Positions 18,316 to 31,400 of a stretch of DNA of 64,000 bases are shown piece after piece; positions within the stretch are counted from its first letter, which is position 1, and each line of letters opens with the position of its first letter. The DNA lies in assembly GCA_013360215.1 (NCBI GenBank), contig JABWCP010000001.1, positions 24,193 through 88,192 of the forward strand, given 5' to 3'. A program made the translations under genes and the position numbers. The notes beneath the pieces were generated by a model that searched no databases, had not been told where the DNA came from, and was given only the letters and a program-made list of their open reading frames with translations. The stretch comes from a bacterium. GTDB lineage: Bacteria; CLD3; SB21.

Positions 18316-19436
18316 CGCTGCCACCGTGCACTGATCCAAATATCCGAGTCCAATATCCTAACCCGGGGCTCGGTTAAAACAACAGCATTATTAATACGTT
18401 TGACGGGTAGGCCTTCAAAAGATGATTTCCCATGTCCCAAAATTTTAGCGGCCGTAAAAATATGTATTTCATCGCACAATCCCGCATCTAAAATCTGTCC
18501 ATGGATATCCGCTCCGCCTTCGACGAATACCGACGCGATTTGAAATTTCCGCAGAAGCGTTCTAAATACAGGACGCATGGTTATCCGACTTCGCACGGAA
18601 GACATTTCAACGACCGTTACGCCCAAAGATGCCAACTGCTTTTTTTTGCGTTTGTTCGCTCCAAAAGCCGTAATGACAATGGTTTCCGAAGCGCCGGCAT
18701 CAGTGAACACCCGCGCTGTCAACGGTGAGCGCAGCCGGCCATCCACGATGACGCGACGCGGCGAAGACCCGCGAACGCCGCGTACCGTGAGTTGCGGATC
18801 GTCCGTCATCACGGTCTGTGCACCGACCAAAATCGCATCGTGCCCTGCACGTAAGCGGTGCACTTCGCGTCGGGATTTTTCATTGGTTATCCACTTGGAA
18901 GCACCGAAACCATCGGCCGTTTTTCCGTCCAAAGTCTGTGCCGTTTTTATAGTGATCCACGGCAAACCTGTTTCCACGTGCTTCAAAAAAAACCGATTTT
19001 CAATACGGCATTCACTCTCGGCTATGCCCCACTCCACGCGAACTCCGTTTTTCTTTAAAAGCGCGGCACCTTTCCCTGCCACAGCCGGAAACGGATCTTT
19101 GATACCAAATACGACATGTGGAATTTTTTCTTGTAAGATCAAAGACGTGCACGGCGGTGTTTTTCCCGTATGACAGCAGGGTTCCAGGTTAACATATAAT
19201 GTAGCATTTTTAAAATCGGTCACCCCGCGACGCCGCGCATCACGTACGGCTTCAACTTCGGCGTGCGGCTTCCCGTACCCCGTATGATAACCTCGTCCGA
19301 TAATTTCATCGCCGTCCGGGTTATGGCGCACCAAAATGGCGCCAACGAGCGGGTTTGTTTTGGTTTTACCTACGCCTTTACGCGCCAGTTTCAGCGTCTG
19401 CCGGATATAATATTCGTGTGTCTTTGGAGATGGCAT
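18312..19436 (-). CDS. ribD: Bifunctional riboflavin biosynthesis deaminase/reductase
   Basis: Deaminase zinc motifs HAEVEAV and LEPCCHTGKTPPC, then the reductase domain (ITIKTAQTLDGK, IFVEGGA). Confidence 0.9.
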   Translation of the reverse strand: MPSPKTHEYYIRQTLKLARKGVGKTKTNPLVGAILVRHNPDGDEIIGRGYHTGYGKPHAEVEAVRDARRRGVTDFKNATLYVNLEPCCHTGKTPPCTSLILQEKIPHVVFGIKDPFPAVAGKGAALLKKNGVRVEWGIAESECRIENRFFLKHVETGLPWITIKTAQTLDGKTADGFGASKWITNEKSRREVHRLRAGHDAILVGAQTVMTDDPQLTVRGVRGSSPRRVIVDGRLRSPLTARVFTDAGASETIVITAFGANKRKKKQLASLGVTVVEMSSVRSRITMRPVFRTLLRKFQIASVFVEGGADIHGQILDAGLCDEIHIFTAAKILGHGKSSFEGLPVKRINNAVVLTEPRVRILDSDIWISARWQR

Positions 19437-19604
19437 AACATGCTTTTCATATAAAATCGTGTTTTAATATTACTCAATCGCCCTACTCTGTTCAAGGGTA
19501 TAAAAATTCAATCCCTGCGATTACCATTGCGCTTGACAATGGGCTTTCGGAAGTGTACTTTGGCGAAGTTTCAATTATTTTTGAAAGTTTAAAACTAACA
19601 AAAC

Positions 19605-20153
19605 ATGCATAAAGCGCTGCACAAATCGCAAGAACTGTTTACGGCAACGTGGGGTGAGATCAGCACCTTTTGGGGCATCAATAAAGTAATGGGGCAACTG
19701 TATGCATTACTTTTTGCCAGCGATAAACCGCTCACGTTGGACGATATGTGCGAACGCCTACAAATCAGCCGCGGTAATGCCAGTATGAATATACGCGCGC
19801 TTAAAACGTGGGGCGTTATCCGCAAGGTAAGGGTTCAAGGCGACCGTAAAGATTATTACGAATTGGATGAAGATACGGGTAAAATCATGACCCGGTTTGT
19901 GCGCGAGCGAAAACGACGCGAACTCGAACCGGCGTTGGAAACGATGCGTCGCAGCGCCGTATTGCTTCGCACGGCCATTCCCGCTATGAAAAACGGAGAA
20001 CGCAAACAGGCGCAGATTTTTCTCAAGCGTATCGAAAATATGCTTATGGTCTCCGAAAGCATCAATACCCTGCTGGAACGTTTTATTCATGGCGAGTCCA
20101 TCAGCATCAACCAATTAAAAACCATACCCATAGCGTGGAAAAAAGGCGCATAA
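19605..20153 (+). CDS. GbsR/MarR-like winged-helix transcriptional regulator
   Basis: TFWGINKVMGQLYALLFASDKPLTLDDMCERLQISRGNASMNIRALKTWGVIRKV is a wHTH of GbsR/OpcR type. Confidence 0.6.
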   Translation: MHKALHKSQELFTATWGEISTFWGINKVMGQLYALLFASDKPLTLDDMCERLQISRGNASMNIRALKTWGVIRKVRVQGDRKDYYELDEDTGKIMTRFVRERKRRELEPALETMRRSAVLLRTAIPAMKNGERKQAQIFLKRIENMLMVSESINTLLERFIHGESISINQLKTIPIAWKKGA

Positions 20154-20169
20154 CACATAAAGGTATCGT

Positions 20170-21222
20170 ATGAATATCATCGAACGTGAACCGTGGATAC
20201 AAAGCTTTTTACAAGAAACCGACGCGGTCATCCACGAAGTTTTTGAAAATACGGGTAGCGCTGAATTTAAGGATATCCTCAAAACCCATCATCAGGGCGG
20301 CAAACGCCTTCGGCCGATGGTCATTGCGGCTTCCGCACAACTCGGTGACCGCCCCGCGCTACATCTCGCTTACGGCGCGGCCGCTCTCGAATTGCTCCAC
20401 TTAGCATCATTATTTCACGACGACGTGCTTGACGATACCACCATGCGTCGCGATAAACTGACCGCACGCAAACATATCGGAAATCTCAATTCGATCTTAA
20501 CCGGCGATTACCTGCTGGCCGAAGTTTTGCATACGATCGTCGAAAAATTACCCACGCCCCTTGTCAGCGCTTTTCTTGATACGATCAAACGTATGACACG
20601 AAGTGAAATTTTATCCAAAAAACTTCTGAACAATTTGCAGATCAGTACGTCTGAGTACGTTCAGATTATTGAGAACAAAACCGCAACGGTTTTTGCTTTG
20701 GCCACTTCTCTCGGTATTCGCCTGAGCACCGATGATCCGGTGCGCATTCGTCAGCTCAGTATTTACGGGATGAACCTCGGTATGGCCTATCAGATCATTG
20801 ACGACATGGAAGATATGACCGGCGCTTCGGAATTAACCGATGATGATCTTTCTCACGGTTATATCGGCATGCCGGTGATCGAGTTACTGCGTGCGGTGCC
20901 CCTCAATCAAAAACAAGAAGTGTTGCAAATGGTACGCGCCACACAGCCCGAGCAACGTGCTGCGTTGATTCGTATGATGAAAAGTTTTTCCATTTTCAAA
21001 GTCGTGCATGCCCGCGTACAACATTACCTCAATATTTCGGCCAATGCGCTTTTGGATATTAAAGCCAACACGCCGGAGCAACGGATTTCTTTGGAATTTC
21101 TGAAAGGTTTGTGCGGATACTTGGCTGATAAATCACTAAAGGCTGTGGATACGTACGAGTCAGCGGATCACATCGGCACACAAATAGTTTCGGCCTCGAC
21201 AACCGTAGCCGCTACGGCTTAG
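20170..21222 (+). CDS. Polyprenyl diphosphate synthase family protein, divergent, with a C-terminal extension
   Basis: First Asp-rich motif LFHDDVLDD, second YQIIDDMED, and GKRLRP. Confidence 0.7.
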   Translation: MNIIEREPWIQSFLQETDAVIHEVFENTGSAEFKDILKTHHQGGKRLRPMVIAASAQLGDRPALHLAYGAAALELLHLASLFHDDVLDDTTMRRDKLTARKHIGNLNSILTGDYLLAEVLHTIVEKLPTPLVSAFLDTIKRMTRSEILSKKLLNNLQISTSEYVQIIENKTATVFALATSLGIRLSTDDPVRIRQLSIYGMNLGMAYQIIDDMEDMTGASELTDDDLSHGYIGMPVIELLRAVPLNQKQEVLQMVRATQPEQRAALIRMMKSFSIFKVVHARVQHYLNISANALLDIKANTPEQRISLEFLKGLCGYLADKSLKAVDTYESADHIGTQIVSASTTVAATA

Positions 21223-21553
21223 AAGGAACAACTTCCTCCATCCATCGCAGATAGGCTTCATCGCCTTTCGTCAGAGGAACGGCTATAATCTCAGGAACCT
21301 TGTAGCTGTGCAGTGATTTTATTTTTTTGGCTAACGCGTCGAAACAATCTTCAAACGATTTAATTAAAAGCAAAACTTCCTTTTCGTCGCAAAGTTTCCC
21401 TTCCCACATATATATCGATCGAATCCCGGGACAAATATTACAACACGCCGCCAACTGCTCTGTGATAAGCGCATCGGCTATATGCTTTGCCTCTGCGTCC
21501 GACGATGCCGTCATATATACGATGATCGCCGTACGCGCCGTTACATTACTCAT
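21212..21553 (-). CDS. cutA: Divalent-cation tolerance protein CutA
   Basis: Approx 110 aa with CutA1-like IIVYMTASSDAEAKHIADALI...IRSIYMWEGK. Confidence 0.75.
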   Translation of the reverse strand: MSNVTARTAIIVYMTASSDAEAKHIADALITEQLAACCNICPGIRSIYMWEGKLCDEKEVLLLIKSFEDCFDALAKKIKSLHSYKVPEIIAVPLTKGDEAYLRWMEEVVPSKP

Positions 21554-21589
21554 AGTATGAACGCGTTGTATGATCGAATAAATTGCGGA

Positions 21590-23392
21590 TTATTCATCAC
21601 CGATTTTTAGAACGGCAAGAAACGCTTCTTGAGGAATTTCCACTTTCCCGACTTGTTTCATACGTTTTTTACCTTCTTTCTGACGCTCGAGCAGTTTGCG
21701 TTTACGGGAAATATCACCGCCGTAACACTTGGCGGTCACATCTTTACGCATTGCGCGTATCTGGTCGCGTGCAATGATTTTACTGCCGATCGCCGCCTGA
21801 ATCACCACTTCAAACATTTGGCGTGGGATCAACTCCTTGAGTTTTTCGCACATTTTGCGTCCAAACTCGTAAGCTTTATCACGGTGAATGATACCGGAAA
21901 ATGCATCCACCGGATCGCTGTTGATCAGAATATCTAATTTAACCAACTCGCCTTCTTTATATCCTATGTATTCGTAATCAAACGAGGCATATCCTTTGGT
22001 ACAGGATTTTAGTTTATCATAAAAATCGAATACGATTTCGGCCAAAGGAAACTCAAACGTAAGATCCACGCGGGTCGGAGAAATATAATTGGTATTACGG
22101 TACACACCCCGGCGTTCCATCGCGACACTCATGATATTCCCGATATATTCCGTCGGTGTGATGATTTGTGCTTTGATATACGGCTCTTCGATGTGATCAA
22201 TAATTCCTGGTGACGGCATCATCGAAGGATTGGACACTTCGATCACTTCCCCGTTCGTTTTATACACTTGATAACGCACGCTGGGTACCGTCGTGATCAT
22301 GCTGATGTTAAATTCGCGCTGCAGGCGTTCTTGCACAATCTCCATATGCAAAAGACCCAAGAAACCGCAACGGAAACCAAAACCCAAAGCCGTGGACGAC
22401 TCCGGCTCGTAGATCAGCGACGAATCATTGAGTTTGAGTTTTTCCAAAGAAGTCCGCAGTTCTTCAAAATCTTCGCTTACGGTAGGATAAATACCGCTAA
22501 ACACCATAGGCTTGATATCTTTGTATCCCTCTAGAGCCGCCGGCGCGGGATTTCCGGCATCGGTGACCGTATCGCCCACGCGGATGTGCGTGATCTCACG
22601 CACGTTGCCGACGACATATCCTACTTCACCGACAGAAATTTTATCCGCTTTGATTTTGTCCATCCGGAGGTAACCGATTTCATCGGCATCATACCGGCAG
22701 TCGTTGCTGAAAAACTTCATATGAGTACCGGTGACCAGTTCGCCTTGAAACACACGTACATAGGCGATGGCTCCGCGAAAAGGATCGAACACCGAATCGA
22801 AAATCAACGCTTGCAATGGTTTGGTCGGATCGCCTACCGGGGCGGGAATACTCTCTACGACTTTTTCAAGAATATCTTCGATACCGATACCCGCTTTGGC
22901 GCTGGCTAAAACAATATCTTCACGTTTGCAACCGATCAGATCAATAATCTCTTTGCATGTTTCTTCCGGTTGTGCGCTCGGCAAATCAATTTTATTTACG
23001 ACAGGAACGATTTGCAATCCGGCATCAATGGCAAGATACAGATTACTGATCGTCTGCGCTTCGATACCCTGGGAAGCATCCACCACAAGTATGGCCCCTT
23101 CGCATGCGGCCAAGCTGCGGGACACTTCATAAGTAAAGTCCACATGCCCCGGGGTGTCAATCAGATTGAGTACATACGTTTGCCCGTTGCGTGCTTTGTA
23201 CTCCATACGTATGGCGTGCGCTTTGATCGTAATGCCGCGTTCTTTTTCCAGATCCATGTTATCCAGGACCTGCGCTTCCATATCGCGTTTGGATATGGTT
23301 TTAGTATACTCCAAAAGGCGATCGGCCAAAGTTGACTTACCGTGGTCAATGTGTGCCACAATGCAAAAATTTCTGATTTTCTCTGTACTCAT
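21590..23392 (-). CDS. lepA: Elongation factor 4
   Basis: G-domain [17 protein letters not shown] and NKIDL, plus the LepA-specific C-terminal domain. 600 aa. Confidence 0.95.
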   Translation of the reverse strand: MSTEKIRNFCIVAHIDHGKSTLADRLLEYTKTISKRDMEAQVLDNMDLEKERGITIKAHAIRMEYKARNGQTYVLNLIDTPGHVDFTYEVSRSLAACEGAILVVDASQGIEAQTISNLYLAIDAGLQIVPVVNKIDLPSAQPEETCKEIIDLIGCKREDIVLASAKAGIGIEDILEKVVESIPAPVGDPTKPLQALIFDSVFDPFRGAIAYVRVFQGELVTGTHMKFFSNDCRYDADEIGYLRMDKIKADKISVGEVGYVVGNVREITHIRVGDTVTDAGNPAPAALEGYKDIKPMVFSGIYPTVSEDFEELRTSLEKLKLNDSSLIYEPESSTALGFGFRCGFLGLLHMEIVQERLQREFNISMITTVPSVRYQVYKTNGEVIEVSNPSMMPSPGIIDHIEEPYIKAQIITPTEYIGNIMSVAMERRGVYRNTNYISPTRVDLTFEFPLAEIVFDFYDKLKSCTKGYASFDYEYIGYKEGELVKLDILINSDPVDAFSGIIHRDKAYEFGRKMCEKLKELIPRQMFEVVIQAAIGSKIIARDQIRAMRKDVTAKCYGGDISRKRKLLERQKEGKKRMKQVGKVEIPQEAFLAVLKIGDE

Positions 23393-23544
23393 ATTTCCTT
23401 TTAAGTATTTCTTAAAACGCGCGCAATATAGAGATTCACATATGTAAAATCAATTTCTTTCGAATGTATTATTGGATTGAACGCACACGGTAATTATTCT
23501 ATATTAAGCCCGATCATACCAATCACGTTGCACACAATTTGACC

Positions 23545-25416
23545 ATGACTGTACTTCTTATTTTAAGGTATTACGCCCGAAAATCCTCTCTATGTCTGAG
23601 CTTATCCCTAGGCCTGGCATACGGCTCGATTGCGGGGTACGCGCAAGAACCGTCCGAAATTGCGTTTACTCTTGCAATGCAAAGCTACCAAAATAAGAAC
23701 TGGGCGGAAAGCCGCGATAAACTTTCGTCGTATCTTGCACAATATCCCGACAAACCTGCCACACCGGCCGCACAAATTTTATTAACACGCACCTATCTCC
23801 GTTTGGATAACCCGCGTAAAGCGCTTCAACTTATAAATCAATACAGTGCCGGTTTTTCCTCTCAATCACCTTATGCGACGGAGTTTGTATTTACCAAAGC
23901 GGAAGCTTTGGACGCTATGCATCGCTCACTCGAAGCGATACAGACGCTATTGCCTTTGGCATCCGGTAAAACTGACGCAGGATTGCGCGCCGATTCGTTG
24001 ATCGCACGTTTAGCCGAAGTGCGCCTGAGTACTGCCCAACTCAAAGAATTAACCCGATCGGTTCCTTCCTCGCCCATCAAAGAAAAATTGCAAATTCTGT
24101 ACGCGACCAAGTTAGCCGCCCAACAGCGCTACACCCGCGCATCGCGCGCAATGGATGTGTTTTTGAGAGAAAATCCGCGCAGCATTTATTATAAAAATGC
24201 GCAACAAGTGCTTCGCCGCAATCAAAACAAAGAAGACGGCCCCGTTCGGATCGGGCTCATCACTTCGCTCAGCGGTACCAATGCCGAAGCCGGCCTTGCG
24301 CTTAAATCGGGTATCGAACTGGCCGTGCGCGAATACAATACGACACACAGTACACCATTGGAAATCGTCACCTATGATGATCGCTCGGATGTGTTACAAA
24401 GTGTGTTAGCGGCGCAAGCCTTATGCCGCGAAGGAAGCATCAGCGTGATCATAGGCCCTTTGGAAAGCGACGCCATGAGCGCGGCTTCCGTCGTCTGCGA
24501 GAACGCACAAATACCGATCATTTCACCAACTGCTTCGCAAACGGGCATTACCGGCATCGGTCGCTTTGTCTATCAGGCCAATATTGATATCGAATCCAGG
24601 GCCGCCGCTTTAGCCGAATACGCGATAAAAAAAGCAGGCCACCGGACGTTTGCCATTCTCTCTCCCAATGACGTGTACGGTGCCACATCCACGAAAGCGT
24701 TTGCGGATCGCATCACACAATTGGGCGGCCGCATTATTGCATCGGAATCGTATTTTGATAATACGCAGGATTTTAAATCGCAACTCCTGCGTCTTCGCAA
24801 ACTCGGACAGATTGAGGAAGCACGCCCCGGGCTGGACTACCGCATAACGGCTAACCTGAATTTTCGTCAGATTGATTCTCTTTACAAAATGATATTCCCC
24901 GAGGACACCACGACTACCGAATCCTCCAGCGATTATAATATGCCTTCGCGCGGAATTGATGCGCTATTCATGCCGATTTATGACGACGAAATAAAATATA
25001 TAGCCCCGCAAATCGCGTATTATAATATCCAAACAAAATGGCTCGGCGGTGATCACTGGAATGCTCTTGATGAACTGCGTCGGCAAAATAAATACGTCAA
25101 CGGATGTATTTTCGTCGGAGAGTTTTACTCCAACCCTGATGCCGGACCGACCAAACAGTTTATCAAAAACTACACCGCGGTGACAAAAAAACGTCCTACA
25201 CCGGAAGCATTCTACGGATATGATATCGTCGGCGTTTTAGGGATGATTATCGAAAGAGGCGCTCAACTGCCCGATGAAGTACAAAACGAGCTGCAAAACG
25301 GTATCACGTACGAAGGCGTTCATAACCAAATACGTTTTGACAAAGGTCGTCGCGTCAATACATCCGTCCATCTTTTGCAGTTCAAAGATAACGCCATTCA
25401 TAAAATCGAACCGTAA
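23545..25416 (+). CDS. Secreted TPR-repeat protein fused to a type-I periplasmic-binding-protein domain (LpoA/LivK-like architecture)
   Basis: Signal peptide, then TPR repeats, then a PBP1 fold (VRIGLITSLSGTNAEAGLALKSGIELAV). The ORF-track start at 23539 is TTG. ATG at 23545. Confidence 0.5.
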   Translation: MTVLLILRYYARKSSLCLSLSLGLAYGSIAGYAQEPSEIAFTLAMQSYQNKNWAESRDKLSSYLAQYPDKPATPAAQILLTRTYLRLDNPRKALQLINQYSAGFSSQSPYATEFVFTKAEALDAMHRSLEAIQTLLPLASGKTDAGLRADSLIARLAEVRLSTAQLKELTRSVPSSPIKEKLQILYATKLAAQQRYTRASRAMDVFLRENPRSIYYKNAQQVLRRNQNKEDGPVRIGLITSLSGTNAEAGLALKSGIELAVREYNTTHSTPLEIVTYDDRSDVLQSVLAAQALCREGSISVIIGPLESDAMSAASVVCENAQIPIISPTASQTGITGIGRFVYQANIDIESRAAALAEYAIKKAGHRTFAILSPNDVYGATSTKAFADRITQLGGRIIASESYFDNTQDFKSQLLRLRKLGQIEEARPGLDYRITANLNFRQIDSLYKMIFPEDTTTTESSSDYNMPSRGIDALFMPIYDDEIKYIAPQIAYYNIQTKWLGGDHWNALDELRRQNKYVNGCIFVGEFYSNPDAGPTKQFIKNYTAVTKKRPTPEAFYGYDIVGVLGMIIERGAQLPDEVQNELQNGITYEGVHNQIRFDKGRRVNTSVHLLQFKDNAIHKIEP

Positions 25417-25436
25417 CCCGCCGCCGGAAACCACGT

Positions 25437-28400
25437 ATGCGACAATTACGTTTTTTTATTCTGCTGATATTTACCGCCATACCGCTTGCCTTCGCTCAGA
25501 GTGACAGCATCACAATATCCGAAGTGATGTTTAGTACAAGTAATACATTGGACTTCATTGAACTTTATAACTACAGTAAGACACAAACTATTGATCTCGC
25601 TAAATACATAATTACGGATGGTGCGGGCAATAATGACTCCGATCGGATCAGTAGTGCCGGTGAGGGCTTACTTTTATATCCGGGCCAATTTGCCATTCTC
25701 CTTGACCCCGATTACTTTTTACCGCCCAACGCTTCCGGACGTGTTTACGATATTTCCATTCCGGATACTGCACGCATCGTCACAATTGATACTAACCAAA
25801 CCGGCGGTTTTGTTCTCGGAAACGGATCGTTAAGTAATACAACCGCAGAAACAATTCACTTAATCAAGGTACAATCCGGAATTCCGCGTGACACAATAAG
25901 TCGTTATACCTATTCATTAGGTAACAACACCTCATATAGCGATGAAAAAATCACCTTAAACAATGATAACAATTCATCCAATTGGACGAATTCGATTTAC
26001 CTGAACGGTACACCGGGTGCGCCGCCGGAGACGAATCTTTCGATCAACGATCATCGCATGATCTTCACACCACCTGATCCGCTCACCGGAGCAAGCGTGA
26101 CCATCGGTGCTATCGTAACCAACAAAGCGATTACTACGAGCGATTCATTTCGTGTGCTCTTTTATCTGGACGCCGATAAAAATGGAACAGCGGATGTTTC
26201 CGAACTTCTGGATTCGGTTTCCTATAACGGGTCACTACCCCGCAATACGTCCGACACGATTTTTTTTACAACATCTTCGATAGCCTCCGGTATCAATTAT
26301 TATATAGCCCGTATCGGTTCGATTTATCCTTATGCCGATACTGTTTTATCCGATCAATCGCTACGCGATTCCGTACAAACGACTCCGGCCTATAACGTAT
26401 CATGGTCTGCTTCTTCTGTTTTTTCACCGAGTTCACCGACCACCGGTGATACCGTTACCTATGCGCGTGCGATGTACAATACAGGTATCGCCGACATCAC
26501 TCACTTTGCCGCTTATTTGTACATAGATCAAAACCATAACGGGATGGTCGAAACCGGTGAAAAGGTCGATTCGTCAAATTATAACGATATCCTGCCAAGC
26601 GGTGATTCGGTGGTCATTTATTTTACGATCCCGGACGTCCAACGCGGAAAGCTGAATCTATTATTAGACTTGCCGGCCGATTCTTTAGGTCCTGTGCCGG
26701 ACGAACAACCGGCCGATAATCGGACATCCGATTCTGCCAATATCCGTGCGGCCATGAGCTTAACCCTCACATCGGCCAGTGCGCTTAAGCCGTCGTATAA
26801 TTACATCGCCGATACCATGGCGATAAAGGCTGTCGTACACAATAACGGAAGCACAACCGCGAGCGGTTTTTCTGTGATGTTGTATCACGATGCAAACACC
26901 GACGGATTGCCCGACACGAACGAACGCGTGGATTCTGTGCGCTATACATCGTCATTGGATGCAACGGTAAGTGATTCCATCACTTTGTATTGGCTACCGA
27001 CGTCTGAAGGTAACGTCTCGCTCATCGTCAAACTCGACTCGTCCACAGTCCAACCCCTGACGGATGAAGATGGATCCGATAATACACATACGCTGAATGC
27101 ACTCATCTACCCTCGCCCGGATTCGATCACTTTTTCAGAAATCATGTTTGATCCGCTGGGCTCCGAAGATTCTAATGAATTTGTTGAATTGTACAATTTT
27201 GGCTCACACGCTGTTGATCTGCTCAATTGGCAGATCGCAGACAGCCTTGGACATGATGCGATACAAGATGCCGGAAATGGGACGGTCTTACAAGCGGGAC
27301 AATATGCCATCGTATTCGAAAATGAATACGCACTGAATACAGGTCGTTATACATCGCGTATCCCATCGTCGGCATTAGTCTTAACGATCAACGGCTCCAC
27401 CTTTGGCAGCAGTTCAAGCGGATTGGTGGGAACCTATCCGAAACAATTATTTCTGGTACGCAGTTTAGGTGATACGATCTCAACGTACCGCTATTCCCTC
27501 GACAATACCGAAGGACATTCCGATACAAAAATCAATCCCTCGGAAATCAACACGCCCGCGAATTGGGCGAACAGTCTCATCACCGATGGCACACCGGGCG
27601 CTCATGCGGAAGTCAACTTGTCACTCCTCGGTCAGCGTTTGCGATTTGCGCCTTCTGAAATTCCATCCGGTACTCAAACTGTGATATCCGTGACTGTTAA
27701 AGATTCCGGCATCGCACCGGTGAATATTTTCAAAATCGCTATGTATCATGATACTAACCGAAACGCCATTCCTGAACCGGAAGAAATCATTGATTCCCTG
27801 GTATTTTCAGGGCAATTGTATTTCGGTGACAGCGTGATATTTACGGCAAATACACCGGCGCTCTCCTATGGCGTACATTATTTTATTGCACGTATATCGC
27901 AAGGCGAGGTCTCGCCGTACGGTGATACGCTCTACTATAACGATATGCTCGCCGACAGTATAAAGACAAAACCATCCGGCGACATCGCACTGAATCGAGG
28001 ACGCCTGATATTGGGCGAAATTGCAACGCGAGGTAATTCCTTTTCGATCGGTGCGTACGCGTACAATATGGGCACGCAACCCGTTCAATCGTTTACCGTT
28101 CGATGGTATGAAGATCGCGACGGAAATTATACTACCGCACCGGAGGAACGAATAGACTCCAACACATATACCGGAAATCTTTTGCCCGGAGATTCAACCT
28201 TTTTACAGATCAACTACCCCAATGCGACCTACGGTAAACATCGAATTATGGCTGAAGCTATATCATCCTCCGTACAGCCTATTGCCGATGAAGAGCCGTC
28301 AAACAATCTACTTGTGGATTCGATTGAAGCCGGAGCACGCCCACGCGATATTCTAATCAGCGAATTTATGTATCTTGCCGTAACGGATAGTATCCCCGAG

Positions 28401-31400
28401 TGGATCGAAATCTACAATTCTTCTGCGCTCTCCATATCACTGATGAATTGGCAGCTGTACGACAAAACATCCGATGTCGTATTGACGGATCGAAGCGACA
28501 CTTTGCACGCCGGCCAATTTGGAATCATCGTCAAAGATTCTGTCGTGTTTCACAAAAAATACGGTAACAAGTTATCAGACGTTCTATATATCTATCCGCC
28601 CTCCATGCCGAGTCTTAATAATACCGGCGGCGATATTATCAAACTGAGCACACCCGCGGGACTTACCGTGGACAGTCTTAACTATCTGACATCATGGGGC
28701 GATGATGAGGGTATCAGTCTAGAGCGCAAACTAAATGATAGTGCATCGTTCAGTATGAATAACTGGACGCTTAGCAGCGACCCTTCCGGCGGTACCCCGG
28801 GTACAAAGAACACAGCTACACCACAGCTTCGCGATCTGTCCATCACTTCGCACGACATTCTCTGGACACCCGCTTATCCGACGCTAGGAGAAATTTTTCA
28901 AGTCAAAGCTACTGTACGAAATCTAGGCATTACCTCGAGCGGGGCATCCACTATTTTACTCTATGCCTACAGCGGTCATGATTCCACATTATTACAGACA
29001 ACGAATTCGCCCGCCATATTACCCGGTGATTCTTTGGTGATCGTCTCATCCCCGATCACCAACGAACCTCAAACCTATGTCGGCATTCAAATTGATTACG
29101 CGGAAGATGAACGCTTATCCAATAACTTTGCTAAACGCTTCGTACCTGCTGCCACACCAAGGCAAACGGTGGTCATCAATGAAATCATGTACAAACCCGG
29201 AACCGGACATACGGAATGGATCGAACTTTACAACCGCTCCCAAAACGCTGTGGATCTGCGTTCATGGCGTATATCCGACGGCAATGCCGACCTAACCGCA
29301 CCGGCTACTGCTAAAACTATAACCACTCAAAGTGTCATACTTCAACCGGATAGTTTTATCATCATCGCCAAAGATTCCGCTCAATTTTCATCGCAGTATG
29401 GAACACCTTTGCACGCCGTTTATCTGAGCAGTATGCCTGCACTCAATGATCCGGGTGATATGATCACAATACAAGACAGCTTAGGCGGCATTGTGGATAG
29501 TCTTGTGTATCTATCCGGTTGGGGCGGCAGTTCGGATCGTACATTGGAACGACGTTTCTATGATTCCGTTTCGTATTTAACTTCCAACTGGCTTAGCTGT
29601 GAAATCCCTATCGGCGCAACTCCGGGCCACCCCAACAGTGTCAAGCCATTGCATCATGACTTATCTGTAAAGGCATCTCCCTTGCGCGTAACGCCTTCGT
29701 ATCCACGTATCGGCGAAGCATTTACAATAACTGCACCGATATACAATCAGGGTTTAGAACCCGTGAATGATGCCTCACTGCGATGGTTGCGTATTCGCGC
29801 ACAACATGATACAGTGATTCTCTCAGACGAGATCATCGGTACGTTGAATGCCGGCGATTCATTAAAAATTTCTTATTCGGACACGGCACGCCAAATCGGT
29901 GATTCCATCGTAGCGCTTATCCTAAGTGGATCGGACGAACGTACACTCAACAATAAATCCGCAGTTCCTCTGATAACCTCCACTCGTCGTAATGCACTGG
30001 TGATCAATGAAATCATGTACGATCCCGGTTCGAACAGACCCGAATGGATCGAACTGTATAACCCGGGTGCGGATACTATTGATCTTAAAAACTGGCGCAT
30101 GGCGGATGAATCCACCATCGCAAATCCTAAAACTTTTGCTGGTACTTCCTTACGTATTCCGTCACAACATTACGTCATCATTACCAAAGATGCATCCGCA
30201 TTAGCCCTTACTTATCCGTTACTATCATCGCCCGTCGTGACCATGTCCTCGTTTCCCACGCTCAATCAAACCGGTGATTTGATTCTACTGACGGATAGTC
30301 TGAGTGTAACAGTTGACAGTGTGTTTTACGAAAACACGTGGGGCGGTGCGAACGGTTTTTCGATCGAGCGTATCAGCGCAACCGATAACGCCAATTCACC
30401 GAATAACTGGAAAACCTCTGAAGCCAATGCCGGCGCCACACCGGGGGTAATGAATAGCACAACACCGGTGGCTCTGGACCTCAGCATTCGAACGAATGAT
30501 GTATGGTTTGATCCGCCGTTTCCTTCACCGGGCCAACCCGTACAGATCCATATACGCATTCGCAATAAAGGCCTTCAAAACATCACAAACGCAGCGGTAG
30601 TGCGTGTCTATAACGATATCAATAATGATAGTATTCCTCAGATAACGGAGATCATTGATTCTACGATCGTACCGGCTTTATTATCCGGCGATTCGCTGTT
30701 TGTAACCATTCAATGGACAATCCCCGTTTCGGCATCTCGTCGTTTATCCAAAGCACTATCTATGGGATCCCGTAAAATCATTATCCAGCTTGATTTTGCA
30801 GGCGATGAACGCACTGAAAATAACCTCCTATTTACTGCGTTGCCGTTGGGTACGCCGTTTCAGTCTGTCGTGATCAATGAATTTATGTATGAGACGGATA
30901 CTTCACGCACAGAATTTATCGAACTGTATAATCCCGGTACTACCTCATGGGACTTGAAAGATTGGAAAATCGCCGATGGTAGCAGCGTCGTATCTATCAC
31001 CGACGTTTCGGTTTCATTTTTATCAGGCACCTATAAAGTGCTGGCGCCGGACAGTTCATTCTTCCGCAAATTCTCTACGACCCCGGCCTCGTCCGTAATC
31101 ATCGTGCCGGGTTTACCAAGCCTCAATAATACGGGTGACGCCATCCGTTTAGCCGATGATCTCGGTGCAACGGTGGATAGCCTGACGTATAGTAACACAT
31201 GGGGCGGCGCTAAAAATATCAGCGTCGAGCGTATCGATGCCGACGTATCATCGGATGAACCAAACAATTGGACAACGTCCTTAACGACGCAAGGACACTC
31301 AGCCGGCCTTGTCAATAGCATTGTATCGGCTGAGCCCTTTGTCAAACAATCGCTCATCATCAATGAAATCATGTTTAGCCCTATGAGCGGCGAACCGGAG

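Noticed and set aside
19437-19604. Possible FMN riboswitch (RFN element) upstream of ribD
   Set aside because: On either strand the 168-nt region lacks the conserved RFN core segments (GGGCAGGGTGAAATTCCC-like and CCGACAGT-like). It is more likely a divergent promoter region shared with the GbsR-like regulator gene.
23545-25416. Annotating the TPR+PBP1 protein as bona fide LpoA
   Set aside because: LpoA is restricted to gammaproteobacteria and works with PBP1A. Here the same domain pairing occurs in a T9SS-bearing organism next to a surface-protein gene, so only the architecture is noted.
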